This document shows positions 56,923-64,000 of a DNA stretch of 64,000 nucleotides, piece after piece. A program made the translations under genes and the position numbers. This DNA is from Macrostomum lignano. Lineage: Eukaryota. The DNA is taken from contig NIVC01000061.1 in assembly GCA_002269645.1 (NCBI GenBank), positions 186,001 to 250,000 on the forward strand, given 5' to 3'. Below the pieces are notes generated by a model. That model saw only the letters and a program-made list of their open reading frames with translations, was not told the DNA's origin and searched no databases. The number at the start of each line of letters is the position of its first letter. Within the stretch, counting starts at the first letter, position 1.

Positions 56923-57172
56923 CTCTAGCATTCTGACAATGCATTTCAAGTCGAAAACTTTTGCTTGACCTTTGCAAAAAGCACGTTTTTCAAATATTTA
57001 ATCCACTTAGCAGAGAGAAAATTCTTAGCCACGACACATGTACCGTCAACAAAAAAATTCTGATCGAATGGTGCAAGTTTGAAGAAAATCGGTTGAGCCG
57101 TTTTTGCTAAATCAATCGCACACAGACAGACAGAAGATAGACAACTCATTTCAAAGGCTTACATGGGCAATC

Positions 57173-58480
57173 GCTGAGCTGTCAAAACTTGGAGAGTTGC
57201 TGAGATGTCAAGACTTGGGGAATTGCTGAGATGTCAAGACTTGGGGAGTTGCTGAGATGTCAAGACTTGGAGAATTGCTGAGATGTCAAGATTGAAGAAT
57301 TGCTGAGATGTCAAGATTGAAGAATTGCTGAGATGTCAAGACTTGGGGAGTTGCTGAGATGTCAAGACTTGGGGAGTTGCTGAGATGTCAAGATTGAAGA
57401 ATTGCTGAGATGTCAAGATTGAAGAATTGCTGAGATGTCAAGATTGAAGAATTGCTGAGATGTCAAGACTTGGGGAGTTGCTGAGATGTCAAGACTTGGG
57501 GAGTTGCTGAGATGTCAAGACTTGGGGAGTTGCTGAGATGTCAAGACTTGGAGAATTGCTGAGATGTCAAGATTGAAGAATTGCTGAGATGTCAAGATTG
57601 AAGAATTGCTGAGATGTCAAGACTTGGGGAGTTGCTGAGATGTCAAGACTTGGGGAGTTGCTGAGATGTCAAGATTGAAGAATTGCTGAGATGTCAAGAT
57701 TGAAGAATTGCTGAGATGTCAAGACTTGGGGAATTGCTGAGATGTCAAGACTTGGGGAATTGCTGAGATGTCAAGACTTGGGGAATTGCTGAGATGTCAA
57801 GACTTGGAGAATTGCTGAGATGTCAAGACTTGGGGAGTTGCTGAGATGTCAAGACTTGGGGAATTGCTGAGATGTCAAGACTTGGGGAATTGCTGAGATG
57901 TCAAGACTTGGGGAATTGCTGAGATGTCAAGACTTGGGGAATTGCTGAGATGTCAAGACTTGGGGAGTTGCTGAGATGTCAAGACTTGGAGAATTGCTGA
58001 GATGTCAAGACTTGGGGAATTGCTGAGATGTCAAGACTTGGAGAATTGCTGAGATGTCAAGACTTGGAGAATTGCTGAGATGTCAAGACTTGGGGAATTG
58101 CTGAGATGTCAAGACTTGGGGAGTTGCTGAGATGTCAAGACTTGGGGAATTGCTGAGATGTCAAGACTTGGGGAATTGCTGAGATGTCAAGACTTGGAGA
58201 ATTGCTGAGATGTCAAGACTTGGAGAATTGCTGAGATGTCAAGACTTGGAGAATTGCTGAGATGTCAAGACTTGGAGAATTGCTGAGATGTCAAGATTGA
58301 AGAATTGCTGAGATGTCAAGACTTGGGGAGTTGCTGAGATGTCAAGACTTGGGGAGTTGCTGAGATGTCAAGACTTGGGGAGTTGCTGAGATGTCAAGAC
58401 TTGGGGAGTTGCTGAGATGTCAAGACTTGGGGAGTTGCTGAGATGTCAAGACTTGGGGAATTGCTGAGATGTCAAGACTT
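57173..58480. repeat. 25/26-bp minisatellite GCTGAGATGTCAAGA(CTTGGGGAGTT/TTGAAGAATT), about 50 copies
   Basis: Direct observation; two length variants occur in blocks. Confidence 0.95.
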
Positions 58481-59228
58481 ACTTATTTGCCGTCCCAAAG
58501 GGGGGCACTAGATTGCTAGTCACAATATATGAGTACTAAATCCTATATACTAAAAATGAGTTGTTTGTATGTACGAGCGTACCAGTATGTATGTAGCTAT
58601 GCGATAGATTTGTTATATGTTTTCTTGCTACCTCTCTTTCTTTAATGTACGTGTGCGAGCTAGGTTGTTTTGTATTAGGTCTTTATGTTGCGTAATGAAA
58701 ATGAACAGTTAATAAAGGAAAGTCTTGCACCTTGCGACAGTCACATCGCTTACGCCTTATTGAAATAAAAAAGTGCGTAATAATGGTCGTTTTGAGCTGT
58801 CATTGTGTCTGGATAAAAGTTCTTTACAATGTTAGGTAATAGTTTGAGGGGCCAGAGCTAGTGAACGTTGGTTGCGAGAGGTAGAGTCAGAGAAAAGCAT
58901 GAAGGCATAGAGGGGGCGTACACTACTGTAAGTTTAAATGTTGCTAAAATTTTGACGGCAAAAAGTGGTAACAGAACAGTAGATAATGATAGACGCTATG
59001 ACGCAGCAAACTACACTCAGAAACATTGAAAAGTCGCCGCTCTATGCGCCAGTAATCAATTTCTCTTGGAATTTATTTCTGAAATAAAAGATACGAGAAT
59101 ACTGATCGGGGTAGCTTTGATCCGTCCAACCCTCGCACACCGCTCCCCCACTTCATTCCTCAACTCAAGTCTACCGCGGCGTAGCTGAGTTGCTATCTCG
59201 CAAAGATTGAGAGATTTAACCTGCACTC

Positions 59229-59345
59229 CAGGGACTACTCAAACACCGGGACGGAAAACTTTGATGCCAGCCAGCCTCGTCAGCTGCTAAAAGACCAGCC
59301 TCGTAAAAATTCCTAGTTTCCCGTCCCGGTGTTTGAGTAGTCCCT
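59229..59345. mobile_element. 117-bp MITE with ~31-bp TIRs and 9-bp TSD (Mutator-like)
   Basis: AGGGACTACTCAAACACCGGGACGG(A)AAACT (59230-59260) is inverted at 59315-59345. CCTGCACTC at 59220-59228 and 59346-59354. Confidence 0.8.
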
Positions 59346-59617
59346 CCTGCACTCTCAAATGTAGCGACCACAGACGGAATCTTCGGTGATGGCGACTTTT
59401 CGATGTTGCTAAGTATATATGCGAGCTCGAGCCGATATGGGTCAGTAGGTCCAGAGTATCACAAATCAAGTCCGCAGAACAAAAGATATTGTCAAATTAA
59501 ATGTGTAATTTGTGATTTAGTGATGCGGAATACAGTAGGTCAGATAATATCAGGCGGCGCTTTAGGTCGATTCCGTCTAAACTCCAGCTTGAGCAGTCGA
59601 AACTTGAACTGTCGAAG

Positions 59618-62177
59618 TTAAGCTCGATCAGTCAAGGCATCAGGTCGATCAGGCGCAGCTTTGGGTCGATCAGGCGAAGCTTTAGGTCGATTCAGTCGAA
59701 ACTCGAGCAGTCGAAGCTCCAGATTGAGTAGTCGAATTTCGTGCAGTCGAAGCTCGAGAAGTCGAAGCTCCTGTCTGAGCAGTCGAAGCTTGAGCAGTCG
59801 AAGCTGGAGCTGTCGAAACTTTAGCTTGAGCAGTCGAAGCTCGAGCTGTCGAAGCTCACGCTCGATTCGTCGAAGCTCCAGCTTGAGCTGTCGAAGTTGA
59901 TCAGCCGAGACATCAGGCCGATTAGTCGAAGGTTCAGGTCGAGCAGTCGAAGGTTCAGGTCGAGCAGTCGAAGGTTCCGGTCGAGCAGTCGAAGGTTCAG
60001 GTCGAGCAGTCGAAGGTTCAGGTCGAGCAGTCAAAGGTTCAGGTCGAGCGGTCGAGGCTTCAGGTCGAGCAGTCGAAGCTTCAGGTCGAGCAGTCGAAGC
60101 TTCAGGTCGCTTCAGTCGAAGCTTCAGCTCGAGCTGTTGAAGCTCCAGCTCGAGATGTCGAAGCTTCAGCTTGAGCAGTCGAAGCTCAAGCAGTCGAAGC
60201 TTCAACTTGAGCAGTCGAAGCTCAAGCAGTCGAAGCTTCAACTTGAGCAGTCGAAGCTCAAGCAGTCGAAGCTCCAGCTCGAGCTGTCGAATTTCAGGTC
60301 GATCAGTTGAGGCATCAGGTCGATCAGGCGAAGCTTCAGGTGGATTCAGTCGAAGCTTCAGCTTAAGCAATCGAAGCTCCAGCTCAAGCTGTCGAAGCTT
60401 CAGCTTGAGCAGTCGAAGCTTGAGCAGTCGAAGCTTCAGCTTGAGCAGTCGAATCTTAAGCAGTCGAAGTTCGAGCTCGAGCTGTCGAAGCTTCATCTTG
60501 AGCAGTCGAAGCTGGAGCAGTCGAAGCTTCAGCTTGAGCAGTCGAATCTCGAGCAGTCGAAGCTTCAGCTTGAGCAATCGAAGCTCGAGAAGTCGAAGCT
60601 TCAACTCGAGTTGTCGAAGTTCAGGTTGATCAGTCGAGGCATCAGGTCGAGCAGTCGATGTTTCAGGTCGCGCAGTTGAAGCTTCAGGTGGAGCAGTCGA
60701 TGTTTCAGGTCGCGCCGTTGATGTTTCAGGTCGAGCAGTCGATGTTTCAGGTCGAGCAGTCGAGGCTATAGGTTGAGCAGTCGATGTTTCAGGTTGGGCA
60801 GTCGAGGCTTCAGGTCGAGAAGTCGATGTTTCAGGTCGAGCAGTCGATGTTTCAGGTCTTGCAGTCGATGTTTCAGGTCGTGCAGTCGATGTTTCAGGTC
60901 GGGCAGTCGAAGCTACAGGTCGAGCAGTTGAAGCTTCAGGTCGAGCAGTCGAGGCTTCAGGTCGGGCAGTCGAGGCTTCAGGTCGAGCAGGCCAGGCTTC
61001 AGTTAGAGCAGTCGAGGCTTCAGCTTGAGCAGTCGATGTTTCAGGTCGAGCAGTCGATGTTTCAGGTCGAGCAGTCGAGGCTTCAGGTCGAGCAGTCGAG
61101 GCTTCAGGTCGGGGAGTCGATGTTTCAGGTCGGGCAGTCGATGTTTCAGGTCGTGCAGTCGATGTTTCAGGTCGGGCAGTCGATGTTTCAGGTCGTGCAG
61201 TCGATGTTTCAGGTCGGGCAGTCGAAGCTACAGGTCGAGCAGTTGAAGCTTCAGGTCGAGCAGTCGAGGCTTCAGGTCGGGCAGTCGAGGCTTCAGGTCG
61301 AGCAGGCCAGGCTTCAGTTTGAGCAGTCGATGTTTCAGGTTGGGCAGTCGAGGCTTCAGGTCGAGAAGTCGATGTTTCAGGTCGAGCAGTCGATGTTTCA
61401 GGTCGTGCAGTTGATGTTTCAGGTCGGACAGTCGAAGCTACAGGTCGAGCAGTTGAAGCTTCAGGTCGGGCAGTCGAGGCTTCAGGTCGAGCAGGCCAGG
61501 CTTCAGTTCGAGCAGTCGAGGCTTCAGCTTGAGCAGTCGATGTTTCAGGTTGGGCAGTCGAGGCTTCAGGTCGAGCAGTCGAGGCTTCAGGTCGAGCAGT
61601 CGATGTTTTGGGTCGAGCAGTCGATGTTTCAGGTCGAGCAGTCGAGGCTTCAGGTCGAGCAGTCGAGACTTCAGGTCGGGGAGTCGATGTTTCAGGTCGG
61701 GCAGTCGATGTTTCAGGTCGTGCAGTCGATGTTTCAGGTCGGGCAGTCGATGTTTCAGGTCGGGCAGTCGAGGCTTCAGGTCGAGCAGTCGAGGCTTCAG
61801 GTCGAGCAGTCGAGGCTACAGGTGGAGCAGGCCAGGTTTCAGGTCGAGCAGGCGAGGCTTCAGGTCCTAAAGTCGAGATTTCAAGTGGATCAGTGCAGCT
61901 AAAATCTTAAATTTTTTTCTCGTTAACTTAGAGCATGCGGATCTGTGCAAAGCTGTCATTACTCACGTTCTGTCGGGACGCAGTGACACAGGCGACCAAC
62001 AAGCAGCAGCTCAATTAAAAGCAAAAGAAACTTATCTGAAAAAAACAAAGTTAGAAACCGAATTTAACCCTTCAAATCTACAAAGTCTGGCTTAAAAATG
62101 AACTGTTAGAGCAGATCTCATCACCAGGGATTAACTAACTAATCTCAGTTTGCTCACTCACCAGTTTGGCCCGCCAT
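59618..62177 (-). CDS. Secreted repeat protein C, ~790 aa: signal peptide and ARPE(A/T)ST stalk alternating with three Leu/Arg/Lys-rich blocks; C-terminus probably truncated
   Basis: Exons 62177-62162, 62035-61967, 61905-59618 sum to 2373 nt. N-terminus MAGQTDKFLLLLIELLLVGRLCHC. The last acceptor (tttaag|AT) is weak but in phase. 61930-62590 aligns with 54690-55330 of gene B. Confidence 0.65.
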
Positions 62178-62279
62178 GTAGTTCGCAAGCTTTGTCCTGA
62201 CCAAATATTTCTATCTACTTTGTCTATCGTTTTTCCGATTGAGCATGCTGAAATTCCTTTACTGCCGACCTACGAGTTA

Positions 62280-62285
62280 TTTATA
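62280..62285 (-). promoter_or_regulatory. TATA box of gene C
   Basis: TGTCTATAAA on the minus strand, position conserved with genes A and B. Confidence 0.65.
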
Positions 62286-63189
62286 GACAAATGCTTCCTA
62301 TTGAGCAATGCGTTTGACCAAAACAGAGGCAGAGCACATTTGACCAAACAATTCCTCCGCAGCTGGCAGAAGTGATGTAAATATTTTTACGCCACGGCAA
62401 CCTATTGACATCCAAGTTAATTGAGCACAGACAGCCGGATCGCATTTTGTTTTCCAAGGAATATTTTTCCGCTCACGCTTGTTGAGGCGCACCACCGCGT
62501 GGCCTTGCGAAGGAAATGCAGATATTTTTGTAAACGGCTTGACAAGTTTTCATCTTGTTTTTCTCGGTTCAAGCTCTCTATGGGGGCGCTTCACATGACA
62601 GAGAGAATCGTCACCTGACTGAGACATCCTTATGAGTTAGTTTTACTTGCAAACAACACTCTCGGGCATTAACATTAAGTTTACACCTTTTGCTGCGCAA
62701 TTTCAACCAAACTTGCATTCTATTTCGGCACGCAGCGCTCAATTTAAACATGAAGGTATGAGGGCAGAGGCAGAAGCGGCTTAATGAGTTTTGCAAGATG
62801 GACAAAAAGGTGTGAACGGAAAAAGGTGTACTAAGAGTTCGTTCGAATGTCACGATTTCAATATCAGCTCAAGGACTACTCAATAACCCGAGATTAGTGA
62901 AAAATTTTCATACATGTACATGTAGAAGGATCTATGAACTTTCGATTCAATAAAAATAAAATAAGAGAAAAAATGTCTACTATCGTTACTTCGTACCCTT
63001 TTGTCTCTGGTTTTCGGCAGTAAAGCCTTCCGGCAACGATTCAATTGTTTGCCGGTTGTTTCAGATTGTTGATTGTTGAATTGAAGCATACAACGACGAA
63101 CAGCAACAAAAAAACAACGGAGTAATTTTGTTCCACTGTCAGAAATAAGTCCGTAAGGACAAAGCGAATAACTTGAAGCAGTCTTGTTT

Positions 63190-63500
63190 TACTTGTTCAC
63201 CTGGCGATTGACGGACGGGGATTCCAGGTGCTGTTGAATGGCCGCACGAAAACAGATGAGAGACTTTGGCGCGTAGTATGTGTTCCATCCTGCTTTCGAA
63301 GAGACGATTAGAAAAGCCTCAGATAGTCGTTCAGGAATTAATCCACTTCTCCAGAGCAGGCAGAGCTCCTTCTCATTGAGAAACTGTGGGAATCTTGCGT
63401 GAAGTGAAGTTTTCGTAGAGTCTCGGTCGATTTCGGGACAGACTCATTCACAATCCGGTCCAGCATTTGTAGATCATCGGCTCCAGACAGGACTTCGGTA
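63190..63500 (-). pseudogene. Crypton-type tyrosine-recombinase transposon fragment (DUF3504-associated family)
   Basis: Across frameshifts: LDRIVNESVPKST, LNDYLRLF*SSLRKQDGT, YAPKSLICFRAAIQQHLESPSVNRQVN. Confidence 0.65.
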
Positions 63501-64000
63501 TACTGGACGATGCATTGTCAATCTCCAGAACAAAGCGATTGCTCGACTCTCGGATGACAAAAGCCAACTTGTCCGTGGAGAGTCCACACATATTTCTCTT
63601 GCTAGTTGTTGGTAGGCCAAGCATCAAAAGGAGAATTAGGGCCAAGCCGTGGCTTAAAAAAGGCTTTGATGCCAAAACTCAAAAGGGATGCTGGGATCTT
63701 AGGTCAGATAGCTGGCTTTCTGGGCTGATGCTTTGTTTGTTTTAAACATAATTCTCCTTAAGAAGTGACTGAATAATTTCAAAAGCTACATGTAGTTTAT
63801 TAAAAAAATAGTGAACGTACTAGTAGTAGTAAATACGAGCGTACTAATAACTTAACTTATCCTGTAGGAATCCGGGAACAACCAACTACTCGTTGCTTTT
63901 CAAGTTTCAAGTAAACAAGAGTTAATGTCAACAGTCAGGAAAAAATACGGGCGGCGCATAGCCAGTGACGTCACGCCAGAATCGGTCAAGACCTGATCAG

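Noticed and set aside
55514-58480. CRISPR-like appearance of the 22-30-bp arrays here and elsewhere
   Set aside because: Units are head-to-tail with no unique spacers, there are no cas genes, and the context is eukaryotic.
63448-63675. 75-aa ORF with a signal-peptide-like stretch
   Set aside because: Overlaps the frameshifted Crypton relic and is more simply a by-product of it.

Overview
This is eukaryotic (animal) DNA, not prokaryotic, and it contains no CRISPR array or operons. It has GT-AG introns, GC-rich exons in an AT-rich, satellite-dense background, and many transposons. The style resembles a flatworm such as Macrostomum, which is an inference only. All host genes called are on the minus strand: a prefoldin/PDRG1-like exon (2.1-2.6 kb), a fibrinogen-domain gene (29.5-30.6 kb), a 74-aa secreted peptide precursor (34.8-35.6 kb), a TCF25 gene with an intron-free CDS (40.6-42.5 kb), and three paralogous secreted repeat proteins: A (26.2-28.3 kb), B (49.2-54.9 kb, five CUB-like domains) and C (59.6-62.2 kb). 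A, B and C share a 16-nt first exon, a signal-peptide exon, a TATA box at the same position and a 21-nt repeat stalk. The main discovery is in B and C, where the 21-nt repeat is read alternately in two frames within one ORF. One frame gives mucin-like ARPEAST and the other gives Leu-rich LRLLKLK/LRLLDLK. Entry and exit junctions are conserved between the genes and the unused frame carries stops, so this looks like a frameshift-born protein module. A and B end in a conserved Leu/Cys heptad. The 5.3-21.5 kb block is an old BEL/Pao LTR element (TSD TGTCA) whose 5' LTR is split by a younger Gypsy element with a -1 frameshift signal and an unexplained third ORF. MITEs, SINEs, LINE, Gypsy and Crypton fragments and more than ten mini- or microsatellites fill the rest.
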